Virus record (IMG/VR): IMGVR_UViG_3300042502_001233
Span: 62,001-126,000 of that record
Reading direction: 5' to 3' (one strand)
Length of the DNA stretch: 64,000 bases
How positions within the stretch are numbered: position 1 is the stretch's first letter; each line of letters starts with the position of its first letter. The notes under the pieces were generated by a model. That model did not search any database and was not told the origin of the DNA. It saw nothing but the letters and a program-made list of their open reading frames with translations. Positions 8,363 to 17,575 of this stretch are shown one piece after another. The position numbers and the translations under genes were made by a program.

Positions 8363-8390
8363 AAAAAGCTACCCATTGAGTAGCTTTTTT
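8363..8390 (-). terminator. Rho-independent terminator
   Basis: AAAAAAGCTAC-ccattga-GTAGCTTTTTTT downstream of the 552-aa gene. Confidence 0.8.
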
Positions 8391-8410
8391 TTATTTATTT
8401 TTATCTTATA

Positions 8411-10069
8411 TTATTTGAATAATTCATCAACATTCATTGGTGCAAAATCAATACCGTTTAATTTAACACCTTCATTCATGCTAACATGTTTTTTAGCGTC
8501 AGCAGCTTGTGGTACACTTACTTTATCCCATTCACCAGTTTTTGGAGCTGGAGCATAAGTAGTATTTGATGGATTACCATGAGCAGCAGCTTGTTTTACA
8601 TCCATTTGGTCCCATTCTCCTTCACCTTCTGATTGGTCACCTAACCCCATACCGATTTTAGAGTCACCAGTAGTTCCAACGTGAACATTTTTCTTAGCTT
8701 CTGGAGCTTGTTTTTTAACTTTTTCTAACGAATCAGCTGAACCTGTTTTAGCAGCTGGCGCTTTGGTACCTTTATCTGTCGATACAGAACCTTCTACGTG
8801 TTTTTTAGCGTCAGCAGCTTGAGATACCTTCTCGTCAGTTTTTTTCTCAGAAGCTTTTTTACCTTCGATGTCTTCAGCTTCCATTAATATTTTAGTTTTG
8901 TCCCAGATTTTTCCGAAAGTAGCATTTTCTTCAATTCTTGATTTACCCTTAACAAGACCCAAAGTGTCTTGAGATTTGTAACCCATAAGGTGTTTCATCT
9001 TTTGCATGTCTTCGTTAATCATTGTTTTATCTGAAGCTGTTAGAACTACCGCTCTACCTTCAGATAATGTTCCTTCCCAACGCATTGTGTATGACTCATT
9101 TCCATCAGTCATTTCAAATACTTTGTTATCAACTCTATATGATTCAGGAATCATTTTTAAAGCGTTACCAACGCCATTGAATTCTTGTTTGAATTTAAGT
9201 CTTTTCATCGATTCTTTTTGTGTTTGTTTTGTATTATTATCGTTATGGTTAACTACTTGGTCATTTTTATCTAATGTTTGAATATTTACACCACCTTTTG
9301 TTTTTGTTGGTACTTTATAATCTTTACCGTTTGGTAAAAATTGAACACCTGTAGCAATAGTTTTTCCACCTCTTTTAACATCAAATTTGTTTTTTGTGTC
9401 AACTTTATTTTCAGTAGAAATTTCTCTGTTAGTTTTTTCGTAAGCATCACCTGATGCATCAGCTTGTTCCATATCATCTGGGTCGTCCTTTTTGTCTTTA
9501 TTTTCATTAAGTGCTGAAAAACTTGACATAGGTGCGTAATCATCTGGCACTACTTCAAAATCATCACCAAAGCTAATAACACCTTTAACAGCGTCTTGTC
9601 TTTTCTTGTGAGAAGCTTTGATTGCTTTAACCAAGTTTTTACCAAAATCTGGACCAGTAAACCCTTGTTGTTTTGGAACAACGTTAGCCCATTCTGGGTT
9701 GTTACCCATAGTAGAATCTCCTTCAATAGCTTTTTTAGCTCTATCTTTGAACATTTTGTTTGGGTCTCTGTCATACTCAATCATTTCTTGACCATTCATA
9801 TCTTCCATTTGTTGATGATATGTTTGTTCGTTGTCGTCGTTGTAGTTGAATTTGTTTTGTGGCATCTCTTTGGTTCCCTCAGCTTGTTTCTTAACAGACT
9901 TGTCATAATCTTTAAGATTATCTTGCATGTCTTTGATACCAGCTTTGTTTTCTTTTCCAGATTTTGTACGTATAGCGTTTGTGACTGTGATGCCTGGGGT
10001 ATCGGTAGTCGGTTTAGCTTCGTTCAAGAATCTTTCAACCAAAAAATCTTTTATTATTTTTTTATCCAT
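8411..10069 (-). CDS. Hypothetical low-complexity protein, possibly an internal virion protein, with C-terminal QAADAKKHV repeats
   Basis: 552-aa hydrophilic ORF; GATATTTAT motif upstream; repeats SQAADAKKHVEG / PQAADAKKHVSM / KQAPEAKKNVHVG. Confidence 0.7.
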   Translation of the reverse strand: MDKKIIKDFLVERFLNEAKPTTDTPGITVTNAIRTKSGKENKAGIKDMQDNLKDYDKSVKKQAEGTKEMPQNKFNYNDDNEQTYHQQMEDMNGQEMIEYDRDPNKMFKDRAKKAIEGDSTMGNNPEWANVVPKQQGFTGPDFGKNLVKAIKASHKKRQDAVKGVISFGDDFEVVPDDYAPMSSFSALNENKDKKDDPDDMEQADASGDAYEKTNREISTENKVDTKNKFDVKRGGKTIATGVQFLPNGKDYKVPTKTKGGVNIQTLDKNDQVVNHNDNNTKQTQKESMKRLKFKQEFNGVGNALKMIPESYRVDNKVFEMTDGNESYTMRWEGTLSEGRAVVLTASDKTMINEDMQKMKHLMGYKSQDTLGLVKGKSRIEENATFGKIWDKTKILMEAEDIEGKKASEKKTDEKVSQAADAKKHVEGSVSTDKGTKAPAAKTGSADSLEKVKKQAPEAKKNVHVGTTGDSKIGMGLGDQSEGEGEWDQMDVKQAAAHGNPSNTTYAPAPKTGEWDKVSVPQAADAKKHVSMNEGVKLNGIDFAPMNVDELFK

Positions 10070-10083
10070 TTTTAAAGTTTTAT

Positions 10084-10093
10084 TATAAATATC
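10084..10093 (-). promoter_or_regulatory. Putative phage late-promoter motif GATATTTATA
   Basis: Same motif recurs 5-40 nt upstream of many structural genes and the inserted endonucleases. Confidence 0.55.
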
Positions 10094-10140
10094 TATATTT
10101 TATGTAAAATCTATGTAAATACCTATTATCTATCATTTTT

Positions 10141-12606
10141 TTATCTGTTATCAACACGTGTGTCAATTTTATCAATAATAAATTGAGATACTTTAGATAT
10201 AATTTCTAAATTGTTTTGAATTCTGTCTTTATTAGCCTTCCATAACGCTAAATAAGTAGCATGGTGAGCTACTGGGATTCCATAGTGTTTCAACACAACA
10301 TAGGAAACACTTTCAGCTTGTAGTTCTTGTAACTCATTTTTAGTTCTACCTTCACCATTATCTATATAATATATTGACGATTTTTTCCAGTGCATCAACT
10401 CATGCGCTATTTCGTGAATCGTTGTTGATAACCTAGCAGCACCTGTAACGTCTGAAGAAATATTTATATGGTCACCAGCACTGTATCCTTTTTCACCACC
10501 TTTGGCATCACTTTGTGTTACTCTAATACCCAAATCAGCAGCTACTTCAGTTACTGCGTTATATAACATATCAGCAGTTTCTGATGGTGTGTTATCACCC
10601 CACCATTGTGGTGTGTCAGGAACATCACCTCTTTCATCAATTGGTTCGGTATCACTAATATCAAAAACGTTTACCGCTTTAAATCTAGTTATTTGTGGTC
10701 TATTTGTCATACCCATTTGACCCATCAATTCAGTTGTTTCATCATCGTATTGAGTCATTTCTGGTTTACCAGCTGGTGCTAATATTTTAATTGCTTTTGA
10801 ACCTTTTTTAACTCTTCTAAATTTTGATTCCCACAATTTAAATGAACCAACTTTTGTTGCGTCAGGTTTTTGGATGAATATTAACATTCTATTATAAAAA
10901 CTGTATCCGTGAAATTTAGAGAAGAATGTTAAATATCTTCTAATTTCAGCCGATAACGCAACTTCATCAGTTGCGTTGGCTAAATCCATAATGTATTGGT
11001 CGAGCCTAGCTTTTAAAAAATCTTTATTGTCTGCTGATGAATTTTCAACAGCATCTTCCAAGTCTTCTAATTGGTCTATAATATATTCTGCTTTGTTAAC
11101 TAATGTAAGCGTTTTTTTAGCTATCTCTAATTTGTCAGCATCTATAACCCAATTAGTGCCATTCCAATTAAAACCATTTTGTTTTAAAACAGCTTTATTA
11201 TGAAATGTTTCTTGACTAGCCGCTCTACCTTCTAAATCTGACAAGACAATAAGTTTATTTTGAGTTTTATCGTGTTGTAGTTTTAAAGCTTCGCGAACTA
11301 TACCTTCGTTTAATGAAGGTGCGTTTATATTACCACTAGTTTTTCTTTGTTTTACAACATTATTTACCGCACCAGTACTACATCCACCATTTTGAGCTTT
11401 TTTGTTGTTATTTAGTTTTGTACAATCGTCGATATCAACAAACGAACCACCAGCCCATTGTGTTTTTTCTTCCGCTTTGGTTTTCTTTCGGTTTTTAGGA
11501 AAATTTCCATCTCTAGATATCCCAACAAACCCAGGGTTATCATACCCAATGTTGCCAGCATCAGCTGTATCCATTTCATAAACAACTTTAACATTTAATT
11601 TATCATCGTCAATTGGCATACCTTTACTAATAGGTCCAACACTCATTGGTGCTACAAAAGAACCACCAACACTACCAGCTGTAGTTGATTCACTTACCGT
11701 GTTTAACACGCTAACCAATTTTTTATCTTTGTCATATAAACCTAACAATTCATTTTTTAAAGAACCATCAATTTTTACAATATCGTATTCACCACTCATA
11801 AAAGCATCAGCACCTTCACCAACATTTGATGAAGCCATTACATCGTTGAAATATCTTTGTATTGCAGAATTATCCACTTCCCAATCATCATAATATTCCA
11901 TATCACCATCAGCATCGATAAACCCTTGTTTTTCTGCGTAATCTTCAAAATCATTTTTATTTATATTTGCATGGTTAAATGCAAACATATCATCACTAGT
12001 TTTACTTTTTAAAATTGAAAACTCTGTATTATTGTAAACTAATTCATAATTCTTATTATCTGGTTTATTACCTATTGACGATATTGGGTCTGGTCTATTT
12101 AATGGGTTGTTAGGGTCAAAATCTGAGCCTAACGGAGAGTTATCTTCTTGCATGTTGTGGTTTAACATTTCTGATAATGTTTCGTATATCGATTTTTTTA
12201 TTTCATCTGGCGTACCTAATGACTTAGGAATTCTATAGGTATTTTCTTTTGTGACAAATAGTCCTTTGCTTTCCAATGCTTCACATAAATCTTCATAAGC
12301 CAAATTGTTTTCTCCCCAATATTTTGAAAACTCTTCATTAACACCATAAACATATTTAATAAAATCTTCTACTTCGTTTATATTTAATTTTGGTATTGAG
12401 GTGTTTTTATTATCAATATTAAAATTATTTTTTTTAACAATCTCTTCTTCTGGTATATATTCAAAGTTTGAAATGTCTTTACCAGCAAAAGCTTTTTTAA
12501 AAGTTTTGTTAACTGGGTTTTTTGTATCAAAAGAAACACCTTCATTAATTAAACCAGCAGCTTTTAATTTTTGATATTGTTCTTTGGTTATTTTAATTTT
12601 TTTCAT
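10141..12606 (-). CDS. Large protein with C-terminal ArdC-like ssDNA-binding domain and HExxH metallopeptidase (MPTase/ImmA-IrrE-like) domain
   Basis: FHGYSFYNRMLIFIQKPDATKVGSFKLWE...VKKGSKAIKILAP...FKAVNVFDISDT (ArdC-N-like); TTIHEIAHELMH...ELQAESVSYVV...Y (MPTase-like). Confidence 0.8.
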   Translation of the reverse strand: MKKIKITKEQYQKLKAAGLINEGVSFDTKNPVNKTFKKAFAGKDISNFEYIPEEEIVKKNNFNIDNKNTSIPKLNINEVEDFIKYVYGVNEEFSKYWGENNLAYEDLCEALESKGLFVTKENTYRIPKSLGTPDEIKKSIYETLSEMLNHNMQEDNSPLGSDFDPNNPLNRPDPISSIGNKPDNKNYELVYNNTEFSILKSKTSDDMFAFNHANINKNDFEDYAEKQGFIDADGDMEYYDDWEVDNSAIQRYFNDVMASSNVGEGADAFMSGEYDIVKIDGSLKNELLGLYDKDKKLVSVLNTVSESTTAGSVGGSFVAPMSVGPISKGMPIDDDKLNVKVVYEMDTADAGNIGYDNPGFVGISRDGNFPKNRKKTKAEEKTQWAGGSFVDIDDCTKLNNNKKAQNGGCSTGAVNNVVKQRKTSGNINAPSLNEGIVREALKLQHDKTQNKLIVLSDLEGRAASQETFHNKAVLKQNGFNWNGTNWVIDADKLEIAKKTLTLVNKAEYIIDQLEDLEDAVENSSADNKDFLKARLDQYIMDLANATDEVALSAEIRRYLTFFSKFHGYSFYNRMLIFIQKPDATKVGSFKLWESKFRRVKKGSKAIKILAPAGKPEMTQYDDETTELMGQMGMTNRPQITRFKAVNVFDISDTEPIDERGDVPDTPQWWGDNTPSETADMLYNAVTEVAADLGIRVTQSDAKGGEKGYSAGDHINISSDVTGAARLSTTIHEIAHELMHWKKSSIYYIDNGEGRTKNELQELQAESVSYVVLKHYGIPVAHHATYLALWKANKDRIQNNLEIISKVSQFIIDKIDTRVDNR

Positions 12607-12608
12607 GA

Positions 12609-12860
12609 TTAATTTGCTTTGTTACTTAAACTATCTCTCCACAAACCTCTTTTAACCCATAAGGCTTTATAAAGTTGTGTGAGAACATTTTTTGTTATAT
12701 CAACTATTTTATCTTCTAATTCTTTTTCATTTTTAAGTCTATCTTTAACAATTTTTTCAATTTTCTTTTTGAATTCATTGCTATCCATATAAACTTTAAT
12801 CTCTTTAGAGACATCAGATTTTGATAGTGTTTCGTTTATTTTTTTACTATTTTTAGTCAT
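12609..12860 (-). CDS. Hypothetical protein (likely start MTKNSKK)
   Basis: ATATTTATA motif at 12875-12884 lies inside the longer ORF call, so the downstream ATG is favoured. Confidence 0.7.
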   Translation of the reverse strand: MTKNSKKINETLSKSDVSKEIKVYMDSNEFKKKIEKIVKDRLKNEKELEDKIVDITKNVLTQLYKALWVKRGLWRDSLSNKAN

Positions 12861-12894
12861 AGTGTAGTTTTTATTATAAATATTAAGAATAAAC

Positions 12895-12924
12895 AAAAAA
12901 AGCCCTATATAGGGCTCTTTTATT
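12895..12924 (-). terminator. Rho-independent terminator
   Basis: AGCCCTA-t-ATAGGGCT-type hairpin flanked by A/T tracts. Confidence 0.75.
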
Positions 12925-12937
12925 AAAGATATATTGT

Positions 12938-13660
12938 TTAAAAATCAAACATCAAACCAACACCTAATTGGCTGTTCGTGTTCACAGAACCCAACACGTT
13001 TAATTTTTTGTATCTAAAACCACCTAGGATTTCATAATTTTGTGTTGCTCTATCTGAAGTGGTATTATACTTGGCACCACCAAAATATTTCCAATTTTTT
13101 ATTTTTTGTTCAGCAACTGGTAATGTATGTACGTCAAGACTGTTAACTTCTACAAATTCGCTATCTGTTTTAAGCGTAGCTTTCCATATACCCTCTTTGG
13201 TCTCAGAAATAACCAAATCAAGACTTTGAGGTTGAAATTGGAACTTACCCTTACCTTGTTTGGTAGCTAGGCTTATACCGCCTGTATACTTCAAAGTTTG
13301 TTTTTCTTTGCTTGGGTAATAATCTTCAATATGAACGGAATCATTTTCAACAATTACGTTATCCATTGGTTTTTCAACATCTTTTTGTCTGTATTCAATT
13401 CTGGTGATTATCTTAGGGTTTTTAATATCCATTTCCAAATCTTTAATAATCTTAGCCATATCTCTTTTGGTAACTGTGTCGGCTACTAACTTTTCATATT
13501 GGTTATCACTTATTTTTTTAAGTTTGTCCATTTTAATTTCGTTTTTATGTAGTTCAGCTCTTAACCCTTCAGTTTCTCTATCTGAACTACACTTGGTTAT
13601 ATAAAAAGCCATAAAAGCAAATAACCCAGCAATAACTATTGTTTTAAAATCTAATTTCAT
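12938..13660 (-). CDS. Hypothetical protein with N-terminal membrane anchor and coiled coil, beta-rich C-terminus
   Basis: IVIAGLFAFMAFYITKC hydrophobic segment ending in Cys; alternating aromatic strands ending in ...GLMFDF. Confidence 0.7.
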   Translation of the reverse strand: MKLDFKTIVIAGLFAFMAFYITKCSSDRETEGLRAELHKNEIKMDKLKKISDNQYEKLVADTVTKRDMAKIIKDLEMDIKNPKIITRIEYRQKDVEKPMDNVIVENDSVHIEDYYPSKEKQTLKYTGGISLATKQGKGKFQFQPQSLDLVISETKEGIWKATLKTDSEFVEVNSLDVHTLPVAEQKIKNWKYFGGAKYNTTSDRATQNYEILGGFRYKKLNVLGSVNTNSQLGVGLMFDF

Positions 13661-13661
13661 A

Positions 13662-14195
13662 TTATTGATTGTTTTGTTTACCCATGTAATCTTCTTGTAA
13701 TTTTATCGCCCATTCATCTTCCCAATTTTGATAAAACCCTGGCAATTTTTTAAGCAACTCTGATAAATCTGGGTTTGACACGTTTTTAACAACTGGTTCT
13801 TTAAAACCATCTAACAACGATAATTCAAAATAAACACCAGAACGGTTTCCTTCGTTCATCCAACTACGTTCTAAATTAGGGTCGTTACCACCAGCACCAC
13901 TACCAATAGCTCCTTCCAAATACACAACACCCATATGTACGTTAGCATTTTTTTCATCAGTATATATCTTGAAGAACTTTATAGTAACTCTAGGGTTTAT
14001 CGCTTGTAATTTTTTCAATTCTTCACTGTAAACAGCATCACCTTTGTTAACATCCATAACTTCTTTTTCAACCATAGAATCTGATTGTTGTTCAGGTTGT
14101 TCTTCAGCTTCAGTTAATAATCTTGACTTGTAACCACCTCTCATGATATCCATCATTTTTTTGGTCATATCGTGTTCGTCAATTCTTTCTTTCAT
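13662..14195 (-). CDS. Hypothetical protein
   Basis: 177-aa ORF in operon; LLTEA motif. Confidence 0.75.
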   Translation of the reverse strand: MKERIDEHDMTKKMMDIMRGGYKSRLLTEAEEQPEQQSDSMVEKEVMDVNKGDAVYSEELKKLQAINPRVTIKFFKIYTDEKNANVHMGVVYLEGAIGSGAGGNDPNLERSWMNEGNRSGVYFELSLLDGFKEPVVKNVSNPDLSELLKKLPGFYQNWEDEWAIKLQEDYMGKQNNQ

Positions 14196-14201
14196 ATTAT
14201 T

Positions 14202-14813
14202 TTATTTTAATTCTAATTTATTTTTAAATTTTAGATAATCCCAACTTGGTGATAAATCAGTATAGTGTTTTTCAAGATTGCTTTTATATATAACACCTTT
14301 GTAATCAAAGAAATTATCAATTTTTGTATTGTGTGGTAACACAGCTTTTGGTATGTTGAATTGTTCGCAAAGCATTTTAACTAGCTCTAATGTTGATTCA
14401 AATTGTTCATCAGTGTATTTATCCCAATACTTATAGTTTCTCCATCGCCTTTCAGAAATATCAATTGGTTTATTATAAATATTACCAACCCATGTAATGT
14501 ATTCATTTTTTTCAATATCTTTAACCAACCAACCATTATTTTCTAACAATATAATGATTGACTTGTTATTCAACTCATCACTATCTAAAAATTCTGAAGA
14601 ATATTTAGGGTCAAAATGTTTATAAACAAAACCAGCCGCATCTATTGTAAATGCAGCTGTTTTTTTATATTTTCCGTTATATCTTTTTTTCCACCCTAGG
14701 AAATGTTTCATATCTGAATTAAAAGTATGTCCTATAACTATTTGTGTTTTTTCACTTTCAATCGGTGTAAAATTCTTTTCTGTTAAAGAATATGTTGTAT
14801 CATCTAAAACCAT
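14202..14813 (-). CDS. N-acetylmuramoyl-L-alanine amidase (Amidase_2)-like protein, possibly degenerate
   Basis: KTQIVIGHT, FTIDAAG.VYKHFDP, SIIILLEN.G, YTDEQFESTLELVKMLCEQFNIP, TDLSP.WD pattern. Confidence 0.7.
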   Translation of the reverse strand: MVLDDTTYSLTEKNFTPIESEKTQIVIGHTFNSDMKHFLGWKKRYNGKYKKTAAFTIDAAGFVYKHFDPKYSSEFLDSDELNNKSIIILLENNGWLVKDIEKNEYITWVGNIYNKPIDISERRWRNYKYWDKYTDEQFESTLELVKMLCEQFNIPKAVLPHNTKIDNFFDYKGVIYKSNLEKHYTDLSPSWDYLKFKNKLELK

Positions 14814-16045
14814 TAACTACGTCTAAAGTAATTGTTATTTTTATTTATAGGTTTTTCATTGGTGCCACTAACTTTTTGAATAGTGTTACCTTTTGGATAA
14901 GGTACGTTTACTGAAAACCCTCTATTTCTATCTTTAACTTCTTTGATGTCATCAAGTTTTATCTTACCATAAGTTTGTTGTTCCGCTGAAGGTAAAACAA
15001 CTTCTTCAATTTCTGGTTCTGGTTCTGGAATATCTTCTAGGATTGATTCTTCATTATCCACTATAGGTTCTATAGGTAAATCATCAAACTCTCTAGTAAA
15101 AACTCCAGGTGACTTAAATTTAGTGATATCAACATCAGGTTTAGTTTGTGCTCCAACGTTTTTTACTTCTTTAATTTTTCGCTTGTAATTTTTTATTTTG
15201 GTTAATATGGATTCTTTTTTTCTTTTTGCAACTTCTGGTTCTGGTATGTATTGACCACTTTCAATTTGAAATACTCTGTTTGTAATCAAAATCAACGCTA
15301 CAGCTAACGGGTCAAACACAAATATCAATAATAATATCAAATAGTTAACAACTTTTGCCATTGATACCCCAGTTAATTCTGCAATATATTTCAACGGACC
15401 AACCTCTGCTGCTACTTCACTACCAGATTTTAATTCTAGCGCTTTTGTGTTGTATACACTGATGGAATCCGATAAACTAGCATTTTTAATATTTAACACA
15501 TCTATATCTGTTGATAATTTTTGAATTTCAGTGTTGGCAGTTGAAATATCACCTCTAACACTGTTTCTAGCTCTATTTGAATTAGAACCGTCTAGTCTAG
15601 CTTCTTGTGTTGTTCTTAACCCACTTAATTGGTCAATACGTTTGTTTTTACTATCTATGATTTTTTGATTGTCTGCAACGCTTTTTTCAAATATTTGTTT
15701 TTTACCATCTAACACACTTAATTCACCTTCATGAATTTCTAGTTTGTTAGCGGTCTTTTGATAAGCATTTGAAAGGAAACCGTAAATACCAGCTGAGGTT
15801 ATAAGCATTAGTACAACAACACTAAACGTTAAGTAAGTTCTAAGCCCTTTAGCTAGTTTACCCCAATAAGTATGAAGAGCTGTTGTTGTAACAATTTTAC
15901 CAACTTCTAATACTGAAGCCATAATAATGACCGCAGTACTAGCGCCAGCGAATAATTGACTTAAACCCCAAACTGAGAAATAGGCTGCGCAACCAGCTAC
16001 TGATAACGCAAGCAATAACATAATATATTTAATCTTAAACTTCAT
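14813..16045 (-). CDS. Membrane protein with long coiled coil between TM segments
   Basis: Three N-terminal TM helices, heptad region, EVGPLKY, FVFDPLAVAL TM, acidic/Pro tail. Confidence 0.75.
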   Translation of the reverse strand: MKFKIKYIMLLLALSVAGCAAYFSVWGLSQLFAGASTAVIIMASVLEVGKIVTTTALHTYWGKLAKGLRTYLTFSVVVLMLITSAGIYGFLSNAYQKTANKLEIHEGELSVLDGKKQIFEKSVADNQKIIDSKNKRIDQLSGLRTTQEARLDGSNSNRARNSVRGDISTANTEIQKLSTDIDVLNIKNASLSDSISVYNTKALELKSGSEVAAEVGPLKYIAELTGVSMAKVVNYLILLLIFVFDPLAVALILITNRVFQIESGQYIPEPEVAKRKKESILTKIKNYKRKIKEVKNVGAQTKPDVDITKFKSPGVFTREFDDLPIEPIVDNEESILEDIPEPEPEIEEVVLPSAEQQTYGKIKLDDIKEVKDRNRGFSVNVPYPKGNTIQKVSGTNEKPINKNNNYFRRS

Positions 16046-16076
16046 AGTAATAAATATTACGATTATATAATTGTTA

Positions 16077-16910
16077 TTATTGGTTTATTAATTCTTGCAA
16101 TGTTTGTGTATGGTGTCTTAACTTTCTGATTGCTTTTTCTTTGATTTGTCTGATTCTTTCTTTTGTCAAATCATATTTATCACCAATGGCTTCAAGTGTC
16201 ATTGCTTCGTGTGTTATGTTCATTCCGAAATATGATTCAACAATCATTTTCTCTCTTTCATCCAACACACTTAATATTTTATTTAATTCGTCTTTAACTT
16301 TATCGTTAACCTCAATCTCATCAATGTTTAAAGTTAACGGTTCACTTACTAACAAATCAACAATTTCACCACCTTCTTCACCAATCAATTTGTTCAATGA
16401 AGAAGTTTTTGAATAATTTAATATTGATAAATCATTTTCTTCATTAAACATATCAACATAAATAGGGTCTGTTTCGTTTTCTTGTTCTGTATTTGACATT
16501 TCTTTATTCAATTTTGAAATTTTGTTAATAACGTTAGCTGGTAATCTTACTACTCTAGCGTTATCGTTAAGACTTTGAATAATTGATTGTTTTACCCACC
16601 ATACAGCGTAAGAGATAAATCTAAACCCTCTTTTATGGTCAAATCTGTGAGCAGCTTTGATTAGGCCGTAATTACCTTCATTTATCAAATCTGATAATGG
16701 AAGACCTTGCCCTTGATATTCTTTTGCGATTGAAATCACAAATTTAAGGTTGGCTTCCACCAACTCGGTAGTCGCTTTTGTATCACCTTTTTTTATTCTT
16801 TTTGCTAATTCTATCTCTTGACTAGGAGTCAAGATAATAGATTTTTTTACTTCTTTAAAATACTTTGAAACTGTGTCATCTGTACTATAATTTACATACT
16901 TTTTGTTCAT
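16077..16910 (-). CDS. RNA polymerase sigma-70 factor, RpoD-like (regions 1.2-4)
   Basis: YFKEV...LT..QEIELA (1.2), ANLKFVISIAKEYQGQGLPLSDLINEGN.GL..AA.RFD..RGFRFISYAVWW (2), TLEAIGDKYDLTKERIRQIKEKAIRKLR (4.2). Confidence 0.95.
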   Translation of the reverse strand: MNKKYVNYSTDDTVSKYFKEVKKSIILTPSQEIELAKRIKKGDTKATTELVEANLKFVISIAKEYQGQGLPLSDLINEGNYGLIKAAHRFDHKRGFRFISYAVWWVKQSIIQSLNDNARVVRLPANVINKISKLNKEMSNTEQENETDPIYVDMFNEENDLSILNYSKTSSLNKLIGEEGGEIVDLLVSEPLTLNIDEIEVNDKVKDELNKILSVLDEREKMIVESYFGMNITHEAMTLEAIGDKYDLTKERIRQIKEKAIRKLRHHTQTLQELINQ

Positions 16911-16998
16911 TAAAATTGTTCATACTTTTTCTTTTTTTGTTATGTTTAACTTATTAAATATACGACATATTGTTAATAAAGTCAAGGGTTTACGGTAA

Positions 16999-17526
16999 TT
17001 ATTTTACCAAAAACCCCAATATTTTTTTGTCATAATCTGTTAAGTTTTGAACACCTTTATCAATAATGTTGTCATACAATTTTTTCTTTTCTGTTTTGCA
17101 CATATTGTTGATGTCTTCTTGACTTAACTCGATAGTAACTGCTGTTGTTTCAGTACACGCACTAATTTTGTTTGTGTCTCTTTCACTATTGTTAATGGTT
17201 TTGATAGTGTTTAAAAAGTCTATCGTGTTTTCTCCAAGTATTCTATCGTTGTTTTCTTTTAAAAAACCGAATAACCCTTCGTGGATATCTTTTTTGTTGA
17301 TAAAAAACCCAGAATTCTCTTGGTCCAAATCAAAAACTAAAAAACTTCTATTATTTGATTTAAACCATTCGGATAGTTCCTTGGGTTCCATAAACGAAGT
17401 AAATGTAGCAATAACTATACCTTTTGCATCCAAAACGTTTGATTTTGACTCACTAACTTTATCTATTTCGGGGACAACACCTATTGTGTCTCCCATGATT
17501 ACTACGCAATAATTTCTGAATTTCAT
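16999..17526 (-). CDS. Hypothetical protein (likely start MKFRNY)
   Basis: TATATTTG element at 17545-17552 favours the downstream ATG. Confidence 0.7.
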   Translation of the reverse strand: MKFRNYCVVIMGDTIGVVPEIDKVSESKSNVLDAKGIVIATFTSFMEPKELSEWFKSNNRSFLVFDLDQENSGFFINKKDIHEGLFGFLKENNDRILGENTIDFLNTIKTINNSERDTNKISACTETTAVTIELSQEDINNMCKTEKKKLYDNIIDKGVQNLTDYDKKILGFLVK

Positions 17527-17575
17527 ATCATTTATTTTATAATACAAATATATTACTTTTTTGGGTAATATGCAA

